From the NCBI GenBank assembly GCA_950097015.1, contig CATNEN010000003.1:13330001-13394000 (forward strand): a stretch of DNA of 64,000 nt. Reading direction: 5' to 3'. The position numbers and the translations under genes were made by a program. This DNA comes from Macrostomum hystrix (Eukaryota; Animalia; Platyhelminthes). Positions 25,918 through 37,354 of the stretch are shown piece after piece (within the stretch, counting starts at the first letter, position 1; each line of letters opens with the position of its first letter). Below the pieces are notes generated by a model. That model ran no database searches and was not told the origin of the DNA. It was given only the letters and a program-made list of their open reading frames with translations.

Positions 25918-27381
25918 TAGGATTCCCGTGAACTGGGATTTCGAAGAATGGGATTCCCGTAAACTGGGGATTTCGAAGAAAGGGATTCCCGTAAACTGGG
26001 GATTTCGAAGAAAGGGATTCCGATGAACTGGGGATTTCGAAGAATGGGATTCCCATGAACTGGGGGATTTCGAAGAATGGGATTCCCATAAACTAGGGAT
26101 TTTGAAGAAAGGGATTCCCGTGAACTTGAGATTTCGAAGAAAGGGATTCCCGTTAACTGCAGATTTCGAAGAATGGGATTCCCATGGACTAGGGATTTCG
26201 AAGAAAGGGATTCCTGAGAACTTGGGATTTTGAAGAAAGGGATTCCCGTGAACTGGGGATTTCAAAGAATGGGATTCCCATGAACTGAGGATTTCGAAGA
26301 ATGGGATTCCCATGAACTGGGGAATTCGAAGAAAGGGATTCCCGTGAACTGGGGATTTCAAAGAAAGGGATTCCCGTGAACTGGGGGATTTCGAAGAATG
26401 GGATTCCCGTTAACTGCAGATTTCGAAGAATGGGATTTCCATGAACTGAGGATTTCGAAGAATGGGATTTCCATGAACTGGGGATTTCGAAGAATGGGAT
26501 TACCGTGAACTGGGGATTTCAAAGAATGGGATTCCCGTGAACTGGAGATTTCAAAGAATTCGATTACCGTGAACTGGGTATTTCAAAGAATGGGATTCCC
26601 GTGAACTGGGGATTTCAAAGAATTCGATTACCGTGAACTGGGTATTTCAAAGAATGGGATTCCCGTGAACTGGGGATTTCGAAGAATGGGATTCCCATGA
26701 ACTGGGGATTTTAAATAATGGGATTTCTGTAAACTGAAGATTTCGAAGAATGGGATTCCCATGAACTGAGGATTTCGAAGAATTCGATTACCGTGAACTA
26801 GGGATTTCAAAGAATGGGATTTCCATGAACTGAGGATTTCGAAGAATGGGATTACCGTGAACTGGGGATTTCAAAGAATGGGATTCCCGTGAACTGAGGA
26901 TTTCGAAGAATGGGATTACCGTGAACTGGGGATTTCAAAGAATGGGATTTCCATGAACTGAGGATTTCGAAGAATGGGATTACCGTGAACTGGGGATTTC
27001 AAAGAATTCGATTACCGTGAACTGGGTATTTCAAAGAATGGGATTACCGTGAACTGGGGATTTCAAAGAATGGGATTCCCGTGAACTGGGGATTTCGAAG
27101 AATGGGATTACCGTGAACTGGGGATTTCAAAGAATTCGATTACCGTGAACTGGGTATTTCAAAGAATGGGATTACCGTGAACTGGGGATTTCAAAGAATG
27201 GGATTCCCGTGAACTGGGGATTTCGAAGAATGGGATTCCCGTGAACTGGGGATTTCGAAGAATGGGATTCCCATGAACTGGGGATTTTAAATAATGGGAT
27301 TTCTGTAAACTGAAGATTTCGAAGAATGGGATTCCCATGAACTGAGGATTTCGAAGAATGGGATTCCCGTGAACTGGGGAA
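25918..27381. repeat. 31-bp minisatellite GGGATTCCCGTGAACTGGGGATTTCGAAGAAT
   Basis: Direct inspection. Confidence 0.95.
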
Positions 27382-28017
27382 CGAGGTGTTTAAAACGAGG
27401 TGTTTGAATCGAATACTCACCGTCTTGCATTCCCACGGCGAAGCTGGACCGTCTCCTTGATAGTTCCCTAATTGACGCTCCCATCTCAATGTCGAAAGCT
27501 GAGCTCATGGTTGGGCCTTTTTAAAGAATCCCAAGCGGCTCAAATAGGCCTCCAACTTGATCCGATTATTTAATCTTTTTTGTCCCTAATCCTTCTTTTG
27601 TTCTGTATTGCAGCTACTGAAATTATTTTCAAAGTTTTTCTCTCTATTACAAAGAGAATCCAGATGAGCAAGGCTATAGGATTTCGCTTGCACAAGCCTA
27701 AAAGAAGCAGATCAATAACGATGACTCTGCATGGTCTGCGATTCGATGGAAAAATTTCTAACCAATAGCAGATTAGCAATTCAGAGTACATTGCTGGTCA
27801 TGATCTTCAAGTTGTCTATCTTACTTTAATAATAGTAATACTATACTCGTATTATTATTAGGGTTATTCTGTATTCACAGCAGGATAGAAATTTTAAACA
27901 AAGGCGTTTCATTTTACTCGTTTTAGTCTCCTAAACGAGGAAGAGGTATTGTGGTGGAAGCAGAAGTCCTATCATCTAAACTAATTTCTAGATGATAGCT
28001 AGTTCATTCCTTAAAAT

Positions 28018-28825
28018 AACAGCAAGATTTTTTCTTAGAATCGTGTCTTAGACGATTTCTTAGAAACGAAGCTAGATAATCTCTAAGAATCGTGTCACTT
28101 TCTTAAAATCTCAGCATGATCATTTTTTAGAATCTCAGCTAGAACATTTCTAAGAAACTTAGCTTTATCGCTTCTTAGAATCTCGGCTAGACCATTTCTT
28201 AGAATCGCAGCGATATTAATTTTAGAATTTCAGCGAGAACATTTCTTAAAACCACAGCTAAATCGTTTCTTTGAATCTCAGCGACAACATTTCTTAGAAT
28301 CTCATCTAGACCATTTCTTAGAATCTCATCTAGACCGTTTCTTAGAATCTTAGCTTGATCGTTTCTTAGAATCTCGGCTAAACCATCTCTTAGAATCACA
28401 GCAAGATTTTTTTTAATCTTAAGCTAGATCATTTCTTAGAATCACAGCAAGATTAAGTTTTTTAATCTTAAGCTAGATCATTTCTTAGAATCACAGCAAG
28501 ATTATTTTTTAAATCTTAAACTAGATCATTTCTTAGAATCACAGCAAGATTATTTTTTAAATCTTAAACTAGATCATTTCTTAGAATCACAGCAAGATTA
28601 TTTTTCAAATCTTAAACTAGATCATTTCTTAGAATCACAGCAAGATTTTTTAATCATAAGCTAGATCATTTCTTAGAATCACAGCAAGATTATTTTTTAA
28701 ATCTTAAACTAGATCATTTCTTAGAATCACAGCAAGATTATTTTTTTAATCATAAGCTAGATCATTTCTTAGAATCACAGCAAGATTATTTTTTAAATCT
28801 TAAGCTAGATCATTTATTAGAAGCG
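28018..28825. repeat. TTCTTAGAATC-core arrays (about 24-bp degenerate, then about 48-bp dimer)
   Basis: Direct inspection. Confidence 0.85.
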
Positions 28826-29398
28826 CAGGAGAAACCCTAGTTGCACAAGGCTAATAAAACTTTTAAGTCACGTTTTCTAAAGCTTTCTTTATTTTCGAAA
28901 CAACTTTTTCAAATTTCTCTTCTTTTCCTACTTTTTAACCGTTACTTTCGAGCTAAATATTTTAACTTTTAATATTTTAGTTTGTGATTAAATCTAGATC
29001 GGATAGATCGGTAGCATTTTCTTTTCTCAAAACTTATTTTATGCTCGGGCTATTAATGAGGTAGAAGCTTTTTTCTACTCCTATTCGGAGATGAGATTTA
29101 ATCCAAAGCATTTCATTCTAACAAATAATATATCAATATGGTAGATCGAGGTTGAGCGAGGTTGAGGATAAATAGATTGAATAGGCGAACACACAAAATG
29201 GGATTTACAATCTTGTATGACTGAATGGAACAGATGGAAGTGATCATTATAATATGCTACTGGCTGCAACGTGACCTTCACATACATTTAAACGGAATGC
29301 ATTAAGAAAATGTAAAATTTAAATATATTTCACTGAAGGGCATTTTTAGACATTTAATGGTAGCGACAAAACAAAACAGGTATTAGGTGCTGTAAAAA

Positions 29399-29718
29399 GT
29401 AACACTTCTGTCTAACAGGTAACACTTCTGTCTGACAGGTAACACTTCTGTCTGACAGGTAACACTTCTGTCTGACAGGTAACACTTCTGTCTAACAGGT
29501 AACACTTCTTTCTGACAGGTAACACTTCTGTCTGACAGGTAACACTTCTGTCTAACAGGTAACACTTCTGTCTAACGGGTAACACTTCTGTCTTACAGGT
29601 AACACTTCTGTCTAACAGGTAACACTTCTGTCTAACAGGTAACAATATTGTCTAACAGGTAACACTTCTGTCTAACGGGTAACGCTATAGTCTAACAGGT
29701 AACACTTTTGTCTAACAC
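29399..29718. repeat. 20-bp minisatellite TCTAACAGGTAACACTTCTG
   Basis: Direct inspection. Confidence 0.95.
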
Positions 29719-30134
29719 TGAATAATACACACCTTACACCTACTTTAACAGAAGATATGCTTCATTCGGTTCCCTTTCTCGTCCAAATTTGTACTTTTAT
29801 GTCCCTTCTTAAAGAATTTAAAACTGCCCGTAAAACTTGGTCGGCAAGGCAAGTTGGAGCATAAAAAATACATGAGCAAATATGGAAACTTAAAGAACCC
29901 ACTTCGTCAGAAGAACTATAGCAGTAGAAAAACAAAGCATCTTCGTTAGCAAAAACTGGGAGTCCTACAAAAGCCGAAAAAGTGCACATTTTCTAAGAAA
30001 ATGTCATGGATACTGAGCTCAGTTAGCGGATGGGAAAATGAGACTTTCTTAAGTGCAGATGACAAACAGGCACTGCAGGCATGTATAGCCATGGTAGCTC
30101 AGAAAATAGAATCTAGAGAAACAAACCAAAGTTA

Positions 30135-30310
30135 GAGCCTTGTGGTTTAGATAGTCGGATTCACAACTTGACAATCGGGGGTTCGATTCCAGACTCCAAT
30201 GAAGCAATTTGTGTCCTTTAGCGATATACGACTACGATACGAACAGCCAATTAGGGCCAGATGTGCATTGAAGGATGTGTACAGCTGTTTTGTCCATGGA
30301 CTGGACAGGC
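30135..30310 (+). mobile_element. tRNA-derived SINE
   Basis: GAGCCTTGTGGTTTAG (A box) and GGGTTCGATTCC (B box), then AATTTGTGTCCTTT and GTCCATGGAC as in the 0.8-kb copy. No acceptor-stem pairing. Confidence 0.55.
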
Positions 30311-30374
30311 CGCCAAACATACAAAATTCCTACCTAAATAATACAGCTTGGCTGTATATAGTTTACTTTGGTCT

Positions 30375-30620
30375 AAGATTCGAACTTCGGACCTCTTGGT
30401 CAGATATTCAAACTCCTGACCGCTTAATTTGAGATTCGAACTCCGGACCTCCTGATCTGAGATTCAAACTCCTGATATGAGAATCGAACTCCAGACCACC
30501 TGATTTAAGATTCGAACTCCTGACCTCCTGATCTGAGAATCGGACTCCAGACCTCCTGATCTGAGATTCGAACTCTGGACCTCTTTGTCGGAGTTACGAA
30601 CTACGGACCTCTTGATTCTG
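30375..30620. repeat. About 29-bp tandem repeat GAGATTCGAACTCCGGACCTCCTGATCT
   Basis: About 8 degenerate copies. Confidence 0.85.
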
Positions 30621-31119
30621 AACATATAAGTTTTGCACTATAGAAATAAAAAAAATAAAATTTGATAAATTGTTTAAACGAAGTGGGGCATATATCGGTG
30701 TTAGTCTCCAGTTAATTTATCATAATTGCCTATCTATACCGAGGGTTATTAGTGTGGGACTGAACTGGACAAGTCAGGCCTACACCTGCTCAGGATAATA
30801 TGGGCTTTGGCGTTAAGTTTGTCTCTCCAGGCTTTATAGATACCAGGTTAAGTCGACCTTCTAATCTTGCAGCAGAAGGGCCCATGCATTATATGTGAAA
30901 CCCGATCGAAGCGATAAGCAGGGCAAGACTTTCTTGCGACTTACTAAGAGTTGGAAAAGATCAGTAAGTCACGTCTCTCGTGCCACTATCTCGCTCACCT
31001 CACCTCACCTGATCATATTTTATTAGCTCAATCGGCACTATAGGGGCATGCTCAAATTTCCGTTCTAGCCAACTATAGACAAGAGAAAAAAGCTATTAAC
31101 TCTGGAATATTGCTGAGAG

Positions 31120-31815
31120 ATGCTGCCTCAACTGCCAATACCGTATCATGCGGCTCTGCAACTGTACAGCTATCCTGTCGGCTTGTACTTCTTGGACTAT
31201 TTCACTAGCGACAAGGAAGACAGCAATAGTTGTACATTGCAGAGCATCTTTGTTAAAGTGCTGCCAATCTGGACTCTGGTGTTTATCATAACAAAGCGGC
31301 ACCAGGCGGGTAGTACCAAGTACGCCGAACGTATCCGCAAGGCTCTACTATGGTCTGTTCTGGGCGATGCTCTGCTGGTGAACGTCCGAAACGACCTGTG
31401 CGCCATACTAGGAGCCGCTAGCTTCATAGCCGCTCACGTGCAGTACAAGAGAGCATTTCAACAGGCTGAGATGAAATCTGGAGAGAGTCCGTTGAGCAGT
31501 GTATTAGTACTACTGAGCGTGCCCGTGTTGCTAGTCCTGGGCTCCGGTCACAGCTTCATCCTGGGTGTACTAGCCAAATGCTACCTGATCTTCCTATTCT
31601 ACGTAATGTCTAAGGCCTACAATAGGTTCTGGCACGTTCAGCAGGCCAAAACCTACGCCGCAGTGTTTGGTCTGATTGGAGCAATCAGTTTCATAATCAG
31701 CGACATCCTGCTGCTAGCTAAGGAGTTGTCACCGCAGCGTGAGGGCGGCACCTTTCTGATTATGCTGACCTATTATGCGGCTCAATTCGGTCTGGCTGCT
31801 AGCACCCTTGAGTAG
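31120..31815 (+). CDS. TMEM86: Lysoplasmalogenase-like protein, TMEM86/YhhN family (single exon)
   Basis: 231-aa ORF with VKVLPI, LLWSVLGDALL, GAASFIAAHVQY, GAISFIISDILL and IMLTYYAAQ, the diagnostic YhhN motifs. Confidence 0.88.
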   Translation: MLPQLPIPYHAALQLYSYPVGLYFLDYFTSDKEDSNSCTLQSIFVKVLPIWTLVFIITKRHQAGSTKYAERIRKALLWSVLGDALLVNVRNDLCAILGAASFIAAHVQYKRAFQQAEMKSGESPLSSVLVLLSVPVLLVLGSGHSFILGVLAKCYLIFLFYVMSKAYNRFWHVQQAKTYAAVFGLIGAISFIISDILLLAKELSPQREGGTFLIMLTYYAAQFGLAASTLE

Positions 31816-32024
31816 ACTCAAGTTATTAAATAATAATAAGGTCAACAAGTATTATACTGAACTTTATTACGAATGGTTACTAAGGGTTCAGTCATTTAGT
31901 GTTAAAATAATTTTTTTTAAATTAAACTATAATAGGTATGCGATGCTATTTTTGTTTTCAACCGTGTGGCTTTGTTTTTTAGTACTTTTCGTTGGCGAGG
32001 CTGTGCTTACAAGCTAGATAACTC

Positions 32025-32972
32025 CGAGTCAGAAAAACGGGTAGAGTCAGGAAAATATGGAAAAAGTCAGACAGATAGTGAGAGACACAGAAAGATGGGG
32101 AGAGAGTCAGAAAGATGGGGAGAGAGTCCGAAAGATGGGGAGAGAGTCAGAAAGATGGTGAGAGAGCCAGAAAGATAGGGAGAGAGTCAGAAAGATGGGG
32201 AGAGAGTCAGAAAGATAGGGAGAGAGTCAGAAAGATGGTGAGAGAGTCAGAAAGATTGGGAGAGAGTCAGAAAGATGGGGAGAGAGTCAGAAAGATGGGG
32301 AGAGAGTCAGAAAGATGGGGAGAGAGTCAGAAAGATGGGGAGAGAGTCAGAAAGATGGGGAGAGAGTCAGAAAGATTGGGAGAGAGTCCGAAAAATGGGG
32401 AGAGAGTCGGAAAGATGGGGAGAGAGCCAGATAGATGGGAAGAGAGTCAGACAGATCGGAAGAGAGTCGGAAAGAAGGCGAGAGAGTCAGAAAGATGGGG
32501 AGAGAGTCAGAAAGATGGGAAGAAAGTCGGAAAGATAGGGAGAGAGTCAGAAAGATGGGGAGAGAGTCAGAAAGATGGGGAGAGAGTCAGAAAGATGGGG
32601 AGAGAGTCGAAATTATGGGGAGAGAGTCAGAAAGATGGGAAAAGAGTCAGAAAGATGGGGAGAGAGTCAGAAAGATGGGGAGAGAGTCGGAAAGATGGGG
32701 AGAGAGTCGGAAAGAAGGCGAGAGAGTCAGAAAGATGGGGAGAGAGTCAGAAAGATGGGGAGAGAGTCAGAAAGATGGTGAGAGAGTCAGAAAGATAGGG
32801 AGAGAGTCAGAAAGATGGGGAGAGAGTCAGAAAGATGGGGAGAGAGTCGGAAAGATGGGGAGAGAGTCAGAAAGATGGGGAGAGAGTCAGAAAGATGGGG
32901 AGAGAGTCAGAAAGATGGGAAGAGAGTCAGAAAGATGGGGAGAGAGTCAGAAAGATGGGAAGAGATTCAGAA
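32025..32972. repeat. 20-bp minisatellite AGAGAGTCAGAAAGATGGGG
   Basis: Direct inspection. Confidence 0.95.
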
Positions 32973-33502
32973 ATGTGCATAAATGTCGTGAAAAATTTTC
33001 TGATAAAACTAGTAAGTCGTAGCATAGAATCCCTGTACAGAGCTGAAATGTGTTTCATCAAAATTATTAATAATACGCACAATATGGTTGTTTCAGTTGT
33101 CTCTGGTTAAATCTATATCGCTTAGGACGGAATGTTGCAGTAAAAAAGCTAAGACAGGTAGAAATGTTTATTTTATTTATGCATTACTTTAAGACACATG
33201 ATTATTTTAAAAAGCGAATTACCTAATTAAGTACTAATTTTAGAGGCACTTAATGGCTCAATAGAATGTGCAAAAACTAACAACAGACCCATTTTTGGAC
33301 GGAATAAAGTTAACACAGTCAGGTATTTACACAGCCGCTTTTCAAAATAATTTTTTAACAGAAAAGAATGTTCACGCTGACAGGGAAATGGGATATCTCT
33401 GTGGTGTGAAGAAATCATATTATTTGTTAGGTAGCTGGCTAACTTCTGCTTTTCGTACAAGCCCCGACGGTTTTCTGAGACCTTTCAGGTCGGACTGAGA
33501 CC

Positions 33503-33885
33503 CGTCTAGCCTTCTACCCCTTATGTCTCAGTAGCCTTCTAGCCCATTGTCTCAGTAGCCTTCTCCCCCGTGTCTCAGTAGCCTTCTCCCCCTCTGTCTC
33601 AGTAGCCTTCTCCCCCTCTGTCTCAGTAGCCTTCTACCCCCTGTCTCAGTAGCCTTCTACCCCCTGTCTCAGTAGCCTTCTACCCCCTGTCTCAGTAGCC
33701 TTCTCCCCCTTATATCTCAGTAGCCTTCTCCCCCTTATGTCTCAGTAGCCTTCTCCCCCTTATGTCTCAGTAGCCTTCTACCCCACTGTCTCAGTAGCCT
33801 TCTACCCCACTGTCTTAGTAGCCTTCTACCCCACTGTCTTAGTAGCCTTCTACCACACTGTCTCAGTAGCCTTCTACCCCTCTGG
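33503..33885. repeat. 24-26-bp minisatellite TGTCTCAGTAGCCTTCTACCCC
   Basis: Direct inspection. Confidence 0.92.
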
Positions 33886-34159
33886 ACTCGCTTTCTCACC
33901 CTAAGATGACTCGACTTCTCACCTTCAAATGCTTCGCTGTCTCACCGAATTCCTTTGAAATCTAAGATAATGCCATTTTATTAAAAGTGCAAGGCTACTT
34001 GCCAAATTAAACTCGTGTTTAAAAATTAAAAAAACACGAAAGCGAAAAAAAATCTGCACTGTTGATTTCGGTAATGCAGCAGGAAATGAGAATAGAATCG
34101 CTTCTCGATTTTTCGTTCCAAAAAAGCAAAATTCAAACAAAAACCTCAATACAGTTTTG

Positions 34160-37100
34160 TTAATCTTTAGCCGTGCTCTCATTGGCACCCAATTCCACTG
34201 AGCCAGTAGAACTAGTGGCCAAACTGAAATCAAAATCTGGCAACAAATCGCGGACCTTGAAGCGCAACTGCTCCAATCTTTGGCGCTTAGCATTTTCCTC
34301 TTTTCGCGCCTCGGGCAATCGGCGCCAGGCGGAGAAGTGGCGCCGAATTAGCGCCAGGCGCCGATGCGCATCGGCCAGTAGGTCGTGCTGTCGCTCCTCT
34401 AGCCGACAATCGATTGTCCAATTGTGCCAGGCGTAGAATACGCGACATTGCAGTTTTAATTGACGAAATTGGTCAGCCCGCGTCTCCATTAGTTCAGATT
34501 GGAAACGAATCTAAAATAGTTTGGGGGAAGGAATGGGGGCTAGCTAACTGCTCGTAACAATGTTATACCTCTCTCATCTATGCCTTATTCACATGACTCC
34601 TTAATTCAATGACTCATTTATTAAACGACTCATTCCGAAATGGATTTTTTTTAATGACTGATTTCCGCATGACTCTTTTATTCAATGACTCATTCCGAAA
34701 TGACTCTTTTATTCAATGACTCATTCCGAAATGACTCTTTTATTCAATGACTCATTCCGAAATGACTCTTTTATTCAATGACTCTTTTATTCAATGACTC
34801 ATTTCCGAATGGCTTTTTTATTCAATGACTCATTCCCGAATGGCTTTTTATTCAATGACTCATTCCCGAATGGCTTTTTTATTCAATGACTCAATCCCGC
34901 ATGACTCTTTTTTCAATGACTCATTCCCGAATGGATTTTTTATTCAATGAATCAATTCCACATGACTTATTCAATGACTCATTCCGAAATGACTATTTTA
35001 TTCAATGACTCATTCCGAAATGACTCTTTTATTCAATGACTCATTCCCGAATGGCTTTTTATTCAATGACTCATTTCCGAATGGCTTTTTATTCAATGAC
35101 TCATTTCCGCATGACTCTTTTATTCAATGACTCATTCCGAAATGACTCTTTTATTCAATGACTCATTCCGAAATGACTCTTTTATTCAATGACTCATTCC
35201 CGAATGGCTTTTTTATTTAATGACTCATTCCCGAATGACTCTTTTATCCAATGACTCATTCCGAAATGACTCTTTTATTCAATGACTCATTCCGAAATGA
35301 CTCTTTTTTTCAATGACTCATTCCCGAATGGCTTTTTATTCAATGACTCATTCCCGAATGGCTTTTTATTCAATGACTCATTCCCGAATGGCTTTTTTAT
35401 TCAATGACTCATTCCGAAATGACTCTTTTATTCAATGACTCATTCGTATTTGATTCCATTATTCAATGACGCATTCCCATTTGAATCCTTGATTCAATGA
35501 CACATTAAATCTGACTCATTCCCAAATGACTCCTTTATTTGATGAAAAATTCCCATGTGAAATTGTGAATCCTTATTAAATGACTCATTTCTATATGATC
35601 ACTTTATTCAATGATTATTACCATGGCTCCTTACATCTGACTCTATCTAATATTACACCATACATCAACTACTAAGCCCCCATAACCCCTTTTGTGACTA
35701 ATACTTCACACGACTCCTCATATATATGATCCCACAATGAATCTCACGTACATTACTCATTTCTCTAAGGACTCTTTACATTAATAAGTCATTCCCACGT
35801 GACTACTTAAATTGATGACTTATTATTCCTAATACAAACATTTACCACCGCCCTTAAAAAACAAGCCGACAATCTACCAGGGTCCAGCGACAGAAGTGCC
35901 TCCTAGTTAGCGCAGATCTGTAGCACTGATCAGCCAATTCGGCATTGAGTCGCCCAGTTTCAGAAACTTGAATATGCCATGCCAGTAGGCAGCGTTTAGT
36001 CAGCCGAATCTGCCAGTGTAGTTTGGCGGCCGTCAAGTTGTCGGCCGATTGTCGCATCAGCTTAAGCCAAGGCGCCAGACCGTAGTGACGCAGTAGACGC
36101 ACACGATTGGCTTCAACAACACGCAACTCCAACTGGCGCCGCTCAGCATTGGCAGCCAGACGGGCGGCTTCTCGTTGAGCCCGTTCAACAGCCTGACGCT
36201 TCTTAGCCTCGCGTTCGGCTTCAGCGGCGCGAGCTAATTCAGCTTCGACGAGGCGAATTCGTTCGGCCTCGGCAGCCTGACGGCGAGCTTCGCGATCGGC
36301 TTTGGCTCTGGCTCGCTCTTCCGCCCTAGCCCGCATTCGGTCGAGAAATTTCGAATCTCCCTGTTGCCCCTGCTGCTCCTGCTGCTGCTGCTTAGGATTT
36401 GCTAATTGATATTCGTCGGGTTGTACAGTTCGATCAGTTAATTCCTGCCCTTCCGATGGCTCTTTGATGATTGACGCCGGCGCAACACAATCAGCAACAG
36501 CAGCTGATGCTGGCTTGTTCTGAAATGGTCAAATGGAATAAAAATAATCATACTGCCACTTTATCAGTAGGACTGCCAAGCCATTTTGCCGCCAGTTCTT
36601 ATAGCAATGAACCCCTTAAATTTGTTTGGCAGCGCCTGAATGCTAACAGCGTTGGCTGGTGACTGCTTGGTTGAAGGACTAGGCGATGGTGCACTGTGTT
36701 CTCAGTGAAATAGGAGAAATTCGCGTCAGGGTGTCCGTAGTGACTTAGTTCCACCTGTTGTAGCCCTTAAAGGTCAACCAGTCCGTCTAGATAAAGCTAG
36801 GTGACGACCGAAGACGGAGATGATGCAGGCACATTCGGGTGACTTGCTGACAAAATTTGCACAAAAGATTGTCAGCGCAAATTCATCCCTTGGTAGTTCT
36901 ACTGTTAGGTAGTATATATAGGACAGCATCACTAAATTTTAGTAAATACATATTTAACTAGTATTTCCCGATTACTGCCACTCTTGGTAGAGTAGGCTGG
37001 ACATGGAATATTATTTCCTTATTTTACAAGAGTATCTACTATAGGTAAAAATTAGGTTATGTTAGGTGTGTATAGCGACCTAGCCTGTCCATGGACTGAA

Positions 37101-37317
37101 TAGTTGTACACAACCTTCAGTTAATCTCCTGAAAGAGCAGAATGGAACCCACCTGCACATCGGCCGGCCTGTCAGTCAGCGCCTGTTGATTCCTAACCAG
37201 AATCTTTTCCATGCGCAATTCTTCGATAAGACGTTTCTGCTCCTTCAATTGGTTAGCCTGTTCTTTTAGTATGGCCTGTTGAGCCTTAAATCTGTGCTCA
37301 AAGCGACCACCGTAGGT

Positions 37318-37354
<37 letters not shown>

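Noticed and set aside
25479-27381. 29- and 31-bp repeats of CRISPR-like length
   Set aside because: Head-to-tail with no unique spacers, no cas genes, eukaryotic context.
30135-30200. Possible tRNA-Val gene
   Set aside because: A/B boxes are present but the acceptor stem does not pair, and the downstream body is shared with another copy. Called a SINE instead.
32115-33110. Charged GRESERW ORFs
   Set aside because: Translations of a 20-bp satellite in all frames.
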